NCBI RefSeq assembly: GCF_004010195.1
Contig: NC_057719.1
Location: forward strand, 61,341,551-61,405,550
DNA: 64,000 nucleotides
Origin: Chiloscyllium plagiosum
Lineage: Eukaryota
Reading direction: 5' to 3'
Shown in pieces: positions 50,791-64,000 of the stretch (within the stretch, counting starts at the first letter, position 1; each line of letters starts with the position of its first letter). Position numbers and translations under genes: made by a program. The notes below the pieces were generated by a model. The model was not told the origin of the DNA, made no database searches, and worked only from the letters and a program-made list of their open reading frames with translations.

Positions 50791-51126
50791 AGACTAATAA
50801 AAAAATTTTTGGGCAAATTAGAAATGTCTTCATTTTCACTAAGCCATTGCCAAATGTATTATACACTACTGAAATAATTAAGTTTAATTAAAATTAAGTA
50901 GTTCATCAAGCTTTTGAAGAATATTACAAAAATTATTGAAGCTTTGTTGTTACTGGTTACATGTAGTTGCACATTAAGGAGTTATTGACTTCAAAAACCT
51001 GCATTCCTAAAATTTTGTTAATGTGTTAGGAATAAACAAAATAGATATTTTCCTAATTATTTTTCCAAATAGAAGAAAAAGTAGCTTCTACTATTATAAA
51101 ATGATACATTTTTAATTTAGTATGTA

Positions 51127-51261
51127 GGAGAAAGTGAGGACTGCAGATGCTGGAGATCAGAGCTGAAAATGTGTTGCTGGAAAAGCGCAGCAGGTCAGGC
51201 AGCATCCAACGTTTCGGGCAGAATCGACGTTTCAGGCATGAGCCCTTCTTCAGGAATCTAG
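51127..51261 (-). mobile_element. Penelope-derived insertion with 14-bp TSD, 20 nt into the intron after the large AKAP6 exon
   Basis: taatttagtatgta at 51113-51126 and 51262-51275. Confidence 0.85.
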
Positions 51262-51281
51262 TAATTTAGTATGTAACCTAC

Positions 51282-54200
51282 CTCTTTTTGATACAAGTTG
51301 AAGTCTCCATCATAATTATTTTCTTTTGTGGAAATATTCTGTTTGGCTTTGCAATCTTCAATTTGGTAATTTTCAGAAACAGGAAATTCACATGGAAATC
51401 CTCGTTTTTTAAAATGTCTGTCATTTGGTTGTGAGTCCTTCACCAGGTTCATTTCCATTTCATAGGACTGTTTTACTGACTTATGATTTCCATCACTCTC
51501 GCTCTTAAATGGAGGGTCTCCAGGTTCGAGCATTTCAAGTTTAGATCTAGCAATGAAGAACTCATTATCTGACAAACACTTAGAAATGTCTATTTGTGCT
51601 TTGGGCAGCAAAGAATGATGGTTTGGATTCTCAAAATGGCAGTCTACTGATTGAAATTTATTAGCTTTAGGTGTGTTATGTATTTGATTAGCAATCCTTA
51701 AGAATGTATCTGAATTGTCAGTGATTTTCTTTGTTCCTACTGAATTTGCATCATATTTATTTTGGTTAGTTGGAGTCAAATGAATAGCTTTTGATGTCAT
51801 AATGTCCAGTTTACTATTTGGCAACAGTGATGCATTGTTGTCAAAAACTGGTTCAGGTTTGGTCAAAGGATATAGATTGTCATCTGATACCTTGTCCTTT
51901 TGAAGTGCAGAATTAAATAAGCAAGGTTGGTGTGGGGTAGATTGTTCTTCAACATCTTCACTATGCACGTTATCATCTTCATCATCGTTTTCTAACCTGT
52001 TCTTCTCGATAAAATCTAAAGGCAAAGGTGTGCTGCTTTTCTCATCAATGCACATGTTTACTTCACCACAGTCACTGTCATGTGATGATATAGACAGATA
52101 AGAATAAAAATCTCCTTTTCGCAGCTGCAAAGGTCGGTGGGAATGTTCCAGAACTTTTTCCTTGATCTGAGCCACTGAAGTTGGATTCATCATTTCAGAG
52201 TCATGTTGAGATATGTTCTTAAGAGCTGTTGATGCCATATCAATTATTTCCATCACGAAATTATGAACAGAACTATCTTCTTCACCATCAACACCATGAG
52301 GAACACTAAAATGACAGGAACAATTTGAAAGATCATTAATATCATCCTTACTAGCTTCTTCCAAAAGTCTGCTTTCTGTTTTAAGATGAGATGAATATTT
52401 TTCAGGTGACTCTTGACTAGTTATATTATATTCATCACCAAGACAGTTAATTACTAAATCTGCACTGGAGCCTTCATGCTGTTGAAGTTTCTTATCTTCT
52501 TTTGCAGAAGCTGCATTTCCACCTAATACTGTAACATTACAGTTCTTTTCAGGTTTCTCTGAGAAAACAGGCTTCTCATCGACGTTAAAAGCACATGATG
52601 ACAAATGTTGGTTTTCAGTCCTGTTGTCCTCCAAACATTTACGCTGTTTATCTTTCTGTGAAGATTGTATGAGGGTCTGGGGAGTTGGAATGTATTGTGT
52701 CGAAAGAATATCTGCTTTTTGCTCAAATTTTCCACTAAATAATTCAGAATTTGAACATTCTGATTTATGAGTCTTGCTAGTGTTATGTTCCTTTTCAAAA
52801 TATTGAAGATTCTTACTGCCTATCTCTTCAATTAGTTCTTTTTTGTCTTTTAATAGAGATTTTTCCACATTACCATTCTCTACATCATCTTTCAAATGGT
52901 CACCATAGAAGTGTCTGAGAGTCTCCACTCCATTTTGTTTGTGGTGTCTTTCTTTTGGATGGAATGATGTGCTCTTACAATCTTTGGACTCAGACTGCAT
53001 CAATGCAGAAGTCTTAAAAAATGGATAAAATGTTGAAATATTTTTGAAGGTTGGTAACTTTATACTACTTGAATCAGTCCTGCATTGATCCTTTTCTCCA
53101 GGATTCATTTTTTTCTTTTCCTTTGTCACAGAAAAAATTGGTTTGATCCAGTTGTGGAAGTCATTCTTCATATAGTTCCTATCTAAAATGTGATTACTTT
53201 CTTCATTAATTTCATCATCTGTAGCAATGCTGGAATCATCATCATCCTTAATGCATAGCTCCTCTTCAGTTAGTGTAAGAGTTGAACTAGAAAGCAAATC
53301 ACTATCGTCTTCTTCATCTGTACAAGCAGATGTACAAGAAACATTAACAATCATGCTTATATTGACATCAGCTTCATCAGTCACTGAATGATTAACATGT
53401 TTTTTGAATGATGCGTTAGAGTCCAAAATTTTATTTTTATGAATGATTATATCTTCAGAGCACAAAGAAAGCTCATCACTGCTGCTTAGTTCAGTAAGCG
53501 AAGCAGCAGAATCGTCATTTGCTGATGATGCAGCATCAAATGAGAGCTGGCCAGTGAATGACATTCTGAGAGAGTTACTCTGCAATGTGATATCAGAAAC
53601 ACTACGTTTCATTTTTGGACTCATGGGATTTTGGATGTTTTCCAGACGTTTCAATAGGTCTAATGTCCTCTTACTGAGCTCCCCTACTGCATCACTACCT
53701 ATAATATCACTACCTGATCCTTGAGTGCTATGTAGCTCCTCTGTGACTTTATATGGAATGACCAAGCTCTCTAAGGAAGTACTGCGTTGGAGATCACCAT
53801 TTTTGTGATTGCTAGTTCCAAACTGAAATATGTCACCAGCAATTGAAATTGATTCCATTGATGACCTCGGAGACAAAAATGCAAAACCTGAGTCATTTAT
53901 ATTATCTTGAGATAATCTGTCATCATCTGTTCTGCCATAGTAAGTCTCAAGGTTAGCTTCACTTGATTTTATTGGCAGGCATTGTTTGGATATGATATGG
54001 TTTGGCTTGGAATTAGGAGCTGATAGCCCATTTTCACAAATAAATTCACCAGAATGTGGTTTAGAGGACACATTTCCATCAGTAGTTCCCTTTTCTTCAG
54101 GTGAGTGCGTTACAGTCATACTTAACTCAAGATCAGGGCCCTGCAGGTAAGAATAGTCATAAAATGTGAACACATCATATTGTGCCTCTAGATCATTTGA

Positions 54201-54995
54201 AAAGCCCTTTGAAGAGGTTTTGTTCCTATCATGAGCCTGTAAATTTCCTTCGTTACTTAGAGACAGTGATTGAAGATTTTTTGACAATTGTACATCATTT
54301 TTTGTTATTTCTGTTCTTGCTGCATTCTTTATTTCTTTTTTTACAAATGGACCTTGCCTTTGGCAAATGCATGACTGAATTGGACAGTCTTTATGTTTTA
54401 ATTCAATCAGGGGATGCAATGGTTTGACTGTTTGAGCTTGATCAATTTGTTTTGGCAGGGAATTTTGAGAATTTGTTGTTGTTTCTACACCATCTTCACT
54501 GACCATTCCATTCTCACTCTCAAGTTTCAGTGTTATTGGTTTTCCCTTTTTTAATGGAATTAAGTCACCCAGTAGCTCTGGCAAAGAGTCATCAGATGAA
54601 AAAGAGGAATCTTTACTTGCACTCCTTACTAAAGTCTTTGAATTGGGAAATATTGAGGCATTCTTGAAGTATGATGTATGATCTTTTCCATAGATTTGTG
54701 CATTATGCTGGGTGTAGACCTGATAGATATCTGGACAGGAAGAAGGGGCTTCACCAGGGCTATACAGTGATTCTCCAGGGCCACTGGTATATTGATCTAG
54801 CATAAGTTCATCACCAAGATTATTTATGGGTCCCGGTGAAAACTTTGATACATCCTTTTCCTCAAATGCAATATTAACTGTTTCATCTTGGACACCAATC
54901 AGATTGTTACTCATGTCCATTTCATCCCATTCCAGCGAATCTTCAAGCAAAATATTCAGATCCATTAGACTAGGTTCAACACAGCTTAAGGAGTC
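51282..54995 (-). CDS. AKAP6: A-kinase anchor protein 6 (mAKAP), large internal coding exon (3714 nt, phase 0 to phase 0)
   Basis: 1235-aa ORF with AKAP6 blocks LEWDEMD, RSASKDSSFSS..SLP.LLG, FYDYSYLQG, GELSKRTLDLLKRLENIQ, MIVNVSCTSACTDEEDDSDLLSSSTLTLTEEELCIKD, the RII helix EIIDMASTALK, and KEKVLEHSHRP.QLRKGDFYSYLS.SSHDSDCGEV. Acceptor ctttcgttctcttttag|GAC, donor GAG|GTAGGT. Confidence 0.96.
52215..52270 (-). other. AKAP6: Coding segment for the PKA RII-binding amphipathic helix (VHNFVMEIIDMASTALK)
   Basis: Matches the known mAKAP anchoring helix EIIDMASTALKSK. Confidence 0.9.
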
Positions 54996-55499
54996 CTAAA
55001 AGAGAACGAAAGTGAAATCAGCTTTTAGATTTGATTTTTGTTTCAAGGTTTACGCAGCCAGTATATTAAAACTATGCTATCCTTTATCTAATCATCTGTT
55101 TTACTAAAATCAGCTTGATTAAATCACAAACTTAGGCTATGTCCATGCTTGCAAAGTATTAATTAATCCATATGCCTCATCACATTTTGCATGAACTTCC
55201 ATGTTTATTAGTATAAGAGATACATTTTCATGAATTTACAGGGAAAATTGTAATTAACAGTGGTTATTGGGAGAACTATGGGTGGTGCAGGTGGCATGTC
55301 AGTTCAGTATTATTAATGTGAAGACTAGAACATTTTAACTGTTTGCCCTTATCAACATTTGATTGGTAAACTGCCGACCTCTTTATGTTGGTGATTTTAT
55401 CTGGCTCTCCTGTGAACAAGAATTTTCTATGAGCCACTTCAATGTTGTTCAAAGTGTAAATCCTCCTCAATTATAGCCCTGTTGCTTTGATGGAAACAG

Positions 55500-56560
55500 A
55501 ATCACAAAACAGCAGATGATTATAGCACAAGAAGAAGCCATTTGGCCCATCTTGTCTGTGCCAGCTCTCCAGAAGAACTATTTACTTGATGCCACTCTTC
55601 TGTTTTTAGTAGCTGAAGTTCCTCAACCCAGGAACCAATTTTCTGAATCTTTTCTCCACTTTTTCTGATGTTTGCACATCCTTTGTGAAGTCTGGTGCCC
55701 AGAACTGGATGCAATATACCAGCTGAATCAGTGTGCTATACAAGTTTAACATAAGTATCAGAATTCTGAAGTCAGAAGCCACCTCCAGATGTACAGACAA
55801 ATCCACAAAGAATTTTCATCCTTATTTTCAAATCATTCCATGGTCTTTTACCTCTATATTTCTGTAATTTCCTCCAAACTCACAACCCTCTGTGCATTCA
55901 TCTAATTTCAGCCTCGAGAGCATCCTGATTTTAATCCCTCCACAATTGATGGAATTGTCCTTAGCAATCTTCATTCAAGGCTCCAGAATCCCCGCCCTAA
56001 GCATTTCTACTTCTATTTTCTCCTTTACAACATGCCTTAAAACCTACATCTTTGACCACGCAATTTGTCATTTCCCTTTATATGTTCCAATGCAGCTCAA
56101 TGTCATGTTTTATAAGGTTCCTGTAAAGCATCTGGAAGTTTGTATTACTTTACAAGTGCTATATAAAAACAAGTTATGTTGTTATTGAAGAGGAAAGGAC
56201 ACATATAGGATGTTATAGAATCATGGAACAGTCATAGCACAGGAGGCCATTCAGTTAATTGTGTCCAGACTATCCTGCAGGAGCAATTCACCTACCCATC
56301 ACCCCACCCTCCCCACCCATACCTCTGTCACCATGCAAAAATTTCCTTTTCAGATAATGATCAATTGTCTTTTGACTGCTTCTGTTGAACCTGCTCCAAC
56401 CACACTCTTGGGCATTGCTTTCCATTTCCTAACAACTTACTGCTAAAATGTCCTTTCGTTAGGTCAGCAATGCTCCTTTGGTCAATTGCCTTAAGTTTGT
56501 ATTCTCCAATTCTGATTGTTCTGCTAATGGGAATTTTCTCCCCCTCACATTTGTCCAGAT
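55500..56560. mobile_element. Cluster of LINE 3' fragments (CR1 minus about 55500-55790 and 56210-56560; L2-like plus about 55810-56190)
   Basis: LNLYSTLIQLVYCIQFWAPDFTKDV..EKRFRKLVPGL; L2-like tail ccttaaaacctacatctttgacc...gtgctatataaaaacaagttatgttgttatt. Confidence 0.65.
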
Positions 56561-58539
56561 CCATCTTAATGTGATGGACAGTAGCTACAAATACAAATTT
56601 CATAACAAGTTGTATAATGGTAATGAACTCATGGCGTGTCACCACGGGATCTGGATTCAAATAATCAAGTAATCCTGACTGGAGCAGTAATGATGAGAAC
56701 AAGTCTTCAAGTTTCTATTTTCATAGCACATTACATTATCCTAATAACCTGATCACTTTCCTTCTCTGCAGAATGTTTTCTCATTCTGGTCATATAGTCA
56801 CCTGATGCTTGTCACCTTTTTTTTCAAATCAACTGGTTCAGACCTGTTATGGGACTTGAAGCTGAGTCTTGAGAGACTCAGAAATTGAGAAACTACCACT
56901 ATGCCATAAGAGTCATTTGCTTGTTGCCTTAAGAACAGGCATGAACAGTATTCATCTGGTAGCAAATGCCAAACGATAAGTTCCTCTAATAACTGCTTTC
57001 TCACTGCACAGTTAAACCATATTCTTCACAGAGACATCATTCCATTCCATCTGCTGCTTCTTTCTTCTCCTTCTCAGCATCTACACATTATAAGGAAGCC
57101 CCTCACAATGAAAATTCACTTCCAAAAGCTACTCACTTACAATCCCTCTCCTTTCACAGGACAAAATGATCCATAATCACAGAAAGGAAGAAAACCAGCA
57201 AACATCCAGGCCTTCACACAGATAAAACAAGAAACTTTGGAGGCAATCAAGCTATCCAGAGCAAACACCACAAGCCTTTCAGTTTGTTCTTCTCAATAAT
57301 TCAGAGTTTGTGGTAAAATGTTTAGAGAAGGTCAATATTCTAGAAGAAGTAACATCACATGCTTCCAAACACCACAACAGGGCTGCAGTCAAAGGAGTGC
57401 CTGCCTAATAGATCTGCCAATGTAAAAGATGGAATATTTCACAAAGTTGGATGATTTTAAAACAGGAAAGGTGGGAAAACACAGCCAATAGCACCTGATG
57501 ATTTTGTATATATGATTTAAATTGTATTATATATTGTGTATGCATGATCTCTATATAAATTTATTTACAGATAAAATACATCACAAATGCAAAAATAAAG
57601 AGTTATAATAGTAATTTGTATTACATATAATTGTGTTGGCTGTTTGAAATAAATTATTATTTTCCTAGTTCTTTAGAGGAAACTCTTTAAAAGGCACATT
57701 TGCTGGTGGCAACTGTAACTGACCACACTCAACCAAACTGCCATACGTATAATAGTGAAAATAAATATAAGATGATGAGCAATAGAAGACCTTTGGGCAA
57801 TCACCATATTTTCCCTTTTGAAGTTCAAGCAGTCACCTTCAGAATATTGCCCATCAATGTTTATTGCAGTTTGCATCAAAGTAAAATGGAATCATGTGCC
57901 ATTACAATAATGCCAATCGTAAACCACTATTTATCATGGTTTCACTTGCTGACTATGTTTGTAAATAAATAGCCATATGCATCCAGCAGTAAATTCACAG
58001 AAGCTGCAATATTATTGTTACACAACCCAAAATCGCACAATTTGACAAAGAAAAATTACAAGCTCTCAATCTATCTGACATAGTAACATGACTATTTCAA
58101 AAATGTCCCACAACCATAGTAGAATTAATTTTTTAAAAAGAGAAAGCACAAAGTAGGTTTCTGGTGAACTATTTTCTTTCCAGCTTTCTTAATTTTTTTC
58201 AAAGTTCCTCACAAAGTACAATAGCTTTCTTGATTCACTCATTTAGACTTTAAGAAAAAGTAGAAAACACAAATGATGACTTGGCATATTTTCAGCTAGG
58301 TAAGAATTACAATGTAAGGAATTACTGAAGATAAATATTTGTAAGTATTATGTGGAACACCACAATGATTATAGTAGATTAAGATAAGCTAAAGAAAAGC
58401 AACAAAAAAAGGAAAATTGGTAAAAATAATGAATTCATTGGTATAAGGACAATGCTGGCCCAGGTAGTATGAGATCAAAGAATGCTCTGCAAATTTATAA
58501 CCCAGCCTTGGGTTCACTGTGATAAGGAGATCTGGGTGT

Positions 58540-59010
58540 AGCTGAAGTACATTCTTAAGAGGGAAATGTAGTGCAACCATAGCCTGGGCTTTCTAGATGA
58601 TGAAAGAGATAAGGACTAAGACAATAGAGGAAAATAATGTTTATGGTTGTTGTCAGATTGATAATACAAGTGAGAATCAGGCTGAAAATGAAAAATGCTT
58701 AATTGAAGTGAAAAAGGAAATAAAAGACTGAATGGGAAGAGATTCACAGGTAACATGAATCCAAAGGTCTTCTGCAAACATTTAAATAGTAAAAGGGGTT
58801 AAAAGGAGAAGAGTGACTAATGAGGGACGTAAAGTGCATCAACACAGGGATGCATAGGGCATGGTTGAGGTACGAAGTGAATACCTGGTCTTTCCTAAAG
58901 AACAAGATGCTTCAAAGTCAGCTGGATGAGGGCATACTTGAGACACAGTGTGGGTTAAATTGATAAAGGGGAGGGAGTAGAAAGACTGCTTTACTTAAAG
59001 TTGGTAAGTC
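58540..59010 (+). mobile_element. Degraded CR1 fragment (resumes at about 60280-60400)
   Basis: aatccaaaggtcttctgcaaacatttaaatagtaaaagg and other CR1 ORF2 linker-like sequence. Confidence 0.5.
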
Positions 59011-59013
59011 ACA

Positions 59014-60280
59014 GCATCACACTTTTTGAGACTTGAAAGGACAGACAGTCCCACTGGGATTGTTGGAGGGGAGAGAGGACATGATGACAGAATGTAACAA
59101 GCTAAAAGAACGGGAAGAAATTGTTCGCAATTTGAAGGCGTTGAACTCAATATTAAGTCCAGAAGGCAGTAGAAGGACTAGTCTAAAAATGAGATATGGT
59201 TCCTTCAGTTTGTGCTGTGATTCACTGGAATGCTGCAGTATGCCGAGGACAGATAATGTGGGCATGCGAGCAGGACGCTGTGTTAAAATGACTGGCTACA
59301 GAAGGTCGGGGTCATGCTTGCGCACAGACCAGAGATGTTCCACAAAGTGGTCATCCAGTCTGCGTTTGGTTTCTCCAATGTAGAATAGGCCACAATGAGT
59401 GCCGTCAATACAATACACAAGATTGGAGGAAGTAGAGGTGAAATGCTGCTTTGCCTGGAAAGACTGTTTAGGCCCTTGAATGGTGAGCAGGGAGGAAGTG
59501 AAGGGGGAAGTGTTGCACCTTCTGTGGTTATATGGGAAGGTGCCGTGGGGAAGAGGGGGATGGTGTTGATGGTTGTGGAATGGACTAGGGTGTCCCGGAG
59601 GGAATTATCCTTGTGAAATGTAGACTGGGGAGATGAGGGTGAAATGTGTTTGGTAGTGGTGTTCTGCTGGAGTTATCTTAAATAGTGGAGAATGATCCTT
59701 TGAATGCGGAGGCTGGTGGGATGAAGAGTGAAGATATGGGGAACCTGATCACGCTGTTGTGAGTGATGGGAAGCAGCAAGGGTGGAAGCACAGGTGTTAG
59801 GTTGGATGTTATTGCAGCCCCTGTCAACCACAGTGGGTGGGAAACCATGGTCATGGAAGAAGCAAGCAATGTCAGCAGCGCTGTTTTGGAACGCATTATC
59901 CTAACAGATGTAATGTAGGCAAAGGAACTGAAAGAATGTGATGAATTCCTTGCAGGATTCTGGGTGTCTGTCCTTTCCAGTCTGGCTGGAGAAAGACCAT
60001 TGTTCTACCATTCTTACATTCTGACCACTTAATCTAAACTATCAACCTCCTTTCTCCACTAGCACCCTACACTCACTATCCCCACATAGTCCCCTCCCCA
60101 AACTGTAGCATAAATACTGTTCCCTTCACGCTTCACTTCAGCTCGGATGAAGATTCATCTAGACTCAGAATATTAGCTTGCTTGCTTCCTCTCTCCTGGA
60201 TGCTATCTGACCAGCTATGAACTCCAGCATTGGTTGTTTTCAGTACAGATTCTAGCATCTGCAGTCATTTGCTCCTACAT
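59014..60280 (-). mobile_element. Penelope-like retroelement remnant (GIY-YIG endonuclease C-terminus) with an inverted terminal repeat at about 59960-60280
   Basis: Minus strand YIGETKRRLDDHFVEHL near 59335-59385 and KLKEPYLIFRLVLLLPSGLNIEFNAF. Confidence 0.85.
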
Positions 60281-60399
60281 TTTAGAGAAGTTGATTTTTT
60301 AGGACAAGATTAACAGTCACTTGGACAACTATGGATTCATTAAGGACTAGAACAGATTTATTAAAAATAACACATTAAAGATAATCATGTTTAATCAAA

Positions 60400-61070
60400 A
60401 TAAAAGCATGTGTGTATCATATCAAAGCCCCACAGTACTGCCATATCCAGTCATGGACAATTAAACAACTAACTGGAGGAGGAGGTGCCACAAATATTCC
60501 CATCTCCACAAATATTCCCACATGGAAATACAGATGCAAAAGAAAAGGCTTTACAACCACTTTCAGCTAGACGTAACAAGGATGATTTATTTCAACCTCC
60601 TCCTGAGGTCCCAGCCTCACAGAAACTGGGGTTCAGCCAGTTTAATTCACTTCACTAAATATGAAGAAAATGGAGTTTAATGTTGTTGCAGCTGCATCCA
60701 TCTCGGCAAGTGGGGAGTATCAGACTCATGTCTTGTGCCTCTTATATGGTGGGCAGGCTTTGGGGAGTTAGGAAAGGCACTGGATATTGCAAAGCCTGAT
60801 GACATTCTGGCAGTAGTGCTGAAGACTTGTGCTCCATAACTAATTGTGGCTCTAGCCACATTGTTCTAGAAAATCCACAATGTGGAAAATTGCCAAGTAA
60901 TATCATGTCCACAGAAAGCTCAAGTCCAACCTGGCCGATTACTGCTCCATTAGTCTACTTTCAATCATCAGCAAAATAGTGGATAGAGTCATTGACTGTT
61001 CTATCAAGTAGCATTTCCTCAGCAATAACCTATTCTGCAATGCTCAGTTAGGTTGTGCTAGGCCCTTGCA
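60400..61070 (+). mobile_element. Degraded non-LTR retrotransposon fragment, same family as 62230-63850
   Basis: ggacaattaaacaactaactggaggaggagg...; ctggccgattactgctccattagtctactttcaatcatcagcaaa (YRPISLLS-like). Confidence 0.6.
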
Positions 61071-61379
61071 GTTTAGAAGAGTCTAATTTGGTAAGATGCA
61101 TCCAAACAATGGGGGGCGAGGGGAGGGTTGCAATGGCCTACTGACATTAATCCAGAAACTCAACCAAAGAGAGGCTGGACAGACTTGGGTTGTTTTCTTT
61201 AAGAATAGAGAAAGCCTAGGGGTGACCTGATTGAAATGTATAAAATTATGCGACATAAGTAGGATGGTGAGTAAGCAGCTAACCTCCTTAGTTGAAGCTA
61301 CACATTTTCTTGAGTTGCAGCTATGACATGGTATCTTTATTATTTCTAAATTAAAATCCTGGCACTCCCTCTCTAACAG

Positions 61380-61600
61380 AGGGTCAGTTAATTCAATTGA
61401 TTGGCTGTTTTGTCATGTAGAATAACATCAACAGCATCGGTTCAATTCACACACGGATTGAGGTTCCCATGAAGGACACCCATTTTCAAACTCTCCCTTC
61501 ACCTGAGGTATGGTGACCCTCAAGTTAAACCACCACCAGTTGTCTCTGTCTAAGGAGAGAGCAGCCCTATGGTCTGATCAGACTATGGAAATTTTACCTT
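61380..61600 (+). mobile_element. SINE
   Basis: ggttcaattc B-box-like motif; 3' part ggtgaccctcaagttaaaccaccaccagt...gagagagcagccctatggtc...actatgg. Confidence 0.55.
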
Positions 61601-62229
61601 TTTTTTTCATGTACCATAATATGGCAGTTAAGTTTCAAACAATTTTGACAAATAAATTCCATTAATTTCTCCATGACTTTTAAACTTTGTTTGCAAACCA
61701 TGAACATTGAACAATTCAGTAAGTTTTCATTCTCAAACAGCCAGCGGTTCAGTGTTTGCTGTGAATGAACTTAATTCAAAAGATTTAAACTGAGGAAACT
61801 CTGTGGAAAAAAAAGCTAATGTTGTGTCTCATGCAAATATTATCAAATAACATAAATAAAAAGTGAAAGTCATCAATAAAATGATCCAAATTTGATGATT
61901 TAAAGATTCAAGTCATGAACAAAACATGGTCTAATTTATATTGCTATAGATACCTAGTCAGTAGAAGGATCATGTGGGATGATCTCTTGATGACATTGTT
62001 GGGACACCTAAACCATTTGTGTGGTTGGATGTAATTTCATTATTGAAGCCAAATTATACATGTAAGTCACTAAGCTCATTATGCCAGCAGAAAATGCAAC
62101 AGGACTGCCATTACATAAAGGCTGTTTACATCTCTTAAAGGAATTGTGCACCTTTTAATTGCTCAGCATTGGAAACTTGTTCCTCTGCCTGAGAAGTAAC
62201 TAACAACAACTGGAGCACACACCTTTTTT

Positions 62230-63850
62230 AATGTTCACTCATGAGACGTGAACACCATTGGCTGGCCAGTAATTAGTTGACTGTCCTTCGCTGTCCATCA
62301 CAAGATGGTGGTTAGCTGCCTTCTTGAACCATTGCAGTCCACACGTTGTAAGTTGACCCACAATGTCTTTAGGAAGGGAATTCTAGTATTTTAACTCAGC
62401 AATACTAAAGGAATGACAATGTATTTCCAAGTCAGGATGGTGAATGGCTTAGAGGGGAACTTGCCAGTATTCCCATGTATCTACTGCTCCTGTCATTTTG
62501 ATGGAAGTGGCCATGGGATATGAAGATGCTGTCTAAGGACCCTTGGTGAGTTTCTGCAGTGCCACTTGCTGCTACTACTGGACATTGGCAGTGGAGACAG
62601 TGGACACTTGTGATGTGGAACCAATCAAGTAGGCTGCTTTGTCCTGGATGGTGTCAAGCTTCTTGAATGTTTCTGCAGCTGCACCCATCTGGGCAAGGGA
62701 GAGTATTCTATCGACTCATGTCTTGTGCCTCTTAGTTGGTGGACAGGATTTGAGGAGGAAGGATGTGAATTACTTGCCACAGTATTTGGAGCATCTCATG
62801 TGCTCTTGTAGCCACTGTGCTTATGTGGCAAGTCCACTTAGTTGAGTTTCTGGTCAATAGTAACCCCAATGATGTTGATAGTCAGGGAATTAGTGATGGT
62901 ATCATTGTTGAATTTCAAAGGACATCTATTAGATTGTCTTTTATTGAGATGGTTATTGCTTAGTATTTGTGTGGTATGCATGTGACTTGCCATTAAGTCA
63001 GCCCGAGCCTGGATATTATCCAGAACTTGTTGCACTTGAAAATGGACTGCTTGAGTACCTGGAGAGTCACAAACGGTGCTAAACATTTTGAAATTATCAG
63101 TGAATATCGCCACTTCTCACTTTACAATGGAGGGAAGGTCATTGACAAAGCTGCTGAAGATGACTGGCCCAAGACATGACCCTGAGTACCTCCTGCAAAG
63201 ATGTCTTGGAGCTGATAGAGCTGATTGACCTCTATCCAGCAAAGAGTTTGCCCCGATACCCATTGATTCCAGTTTTGCTTGGTCAAATGCAGCCTTGATA
63301 TCAAGGGCTGTCACTTTCATGTCACTGCTGGAATTCAGCTGTTCTATCCAGGTAATGAGGTCAAGAACTGAGTGTCCCTGGCAGAACCCGAACTGGGTGT
63401 CAGTGAACAGGTTATTGCTGTGCAAGTGTTGCTTGATAGCACTGATGATGACATCTTCCCTCATTTACTGATGATCAAAAGTAGACTGATGGGGCAGGAA
63501 TTGGCTGGGTTGGAGTTATCCTACTTTTTGTGTGTACAAGACACACCTGGACAATTTTTAACATTGTCAGGTAGATGCCAGAGTTGTAATCGTACTGGAT
63601 GAGATTGGTTAAGTGATTGCAAGTTCTGAAGCACAAGTCTTCAGGACTAGAATGTTGTCAGGGCTCATAACCTTTGTAGTATACAGTGTCTCAAACTGTT
63701 TCCTGACATAAAGTAGAGTGAATCAAATTGGCTATAGACTGATATCAGTAATGCTGGGATTACTGGAGTTGCCAAGATGTATCATCCACTTGGCATTTCT
63801 TGCTTAAGATTGCTACAAATGCTTCAGCCTAATCTTTTGAAAACAGTGCT
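62230..63850 (-). mobile_element. Non-LTR retrotransposon RT to 3' end, decayed (clade uncertain)
   Basis: HLHSNNLFTDTQFGFCQGHS...VTALDIKAAFD, GSCLGPVIFSSFVNDLPS, INIIGVTIDQKLN. Confidence 0.8.
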
Positions 63851-64000
63851 GAGGAGTTATTGGTAGAGCAGAATGGAATATCTTTTCCCATATAATGGCT
63901 CCTGCATACCAAGCAAACCCTGGTCGCAGTGGAGAGAAGAGTGCACCATCAGTTTTGCACCCAGGTCATGGTAGTAGTATCACAAAGAAATTTAGCAGTA

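Noticed and set aside
51258..54965. 1235-aa ORF as a complete single-exon gene
   Set aside because: The frame is open back to a strong acceptor at 54995, the AKAP6 spectrin-repeat region is absent, and the stop lies in an intronic insertion past a donor.
54996..64000. Upstream AKAP6 exons
   Set aside because: No spectrin-repeat-like coding segment with splice sites recognised; the region is mostly repeats.

Overview
Vertebrate genomic DNA, AT-rich and full of repeats. The repeat families (CR1 LINEs, an HE1-like tRNA SINE, Penelope-derived palindromic elements) point to a cartilaginous fish, probably a shark. Two genes lie in tandem on the minus strand, in the AKAP6-NPAS3 order known from mammals. 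The first is the 3' end of AKAP6 (mAKAP): one 3714-nt coding exon at 51282-54995 with the PKA-RII anchoring helix, followed by small exons. The second is the 5' end of NPAS3: two alternative first coding exons (29748-29899 and 26735-26784) in a roughly 7.5 kb CpG-retaining domain, then more than 26 kb of intron running off the left edge. Main discovery: about 4 kb downstream of the big AKAP6 exon is a well-formed terminal exon (46970-47249, minus) encoding a complete KASH domain. It has a transmembrane helix, Cys at -23, Pro at -11, Tyr at -7 and a C-terminal GPPPF-stop, and it can be joined in frame to AKAP6 using only GT-AG junctions. Mammalian AKAP6 has no KASH domain and reaches the nuclear envelope through nesprin-1alpha. 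This locus therefore suggests that shark AKAP6 is itself a KASH protein (a LINC-complex component), possibly with a splice switch between anchored and KASH-less forms. Secondary observations: a stop-start coupled uORF chain and a candidate 57-nt cassette exon in NPAS3, hammerhead-ribozyme cores in Penelope-derived insertions, a three-level nested transposon, and a near-intact CR1 ORF2. Homology calls come from remembered sequences, not searches. Repeat boundaries are approximate unless a TSD or TIR is quoted.
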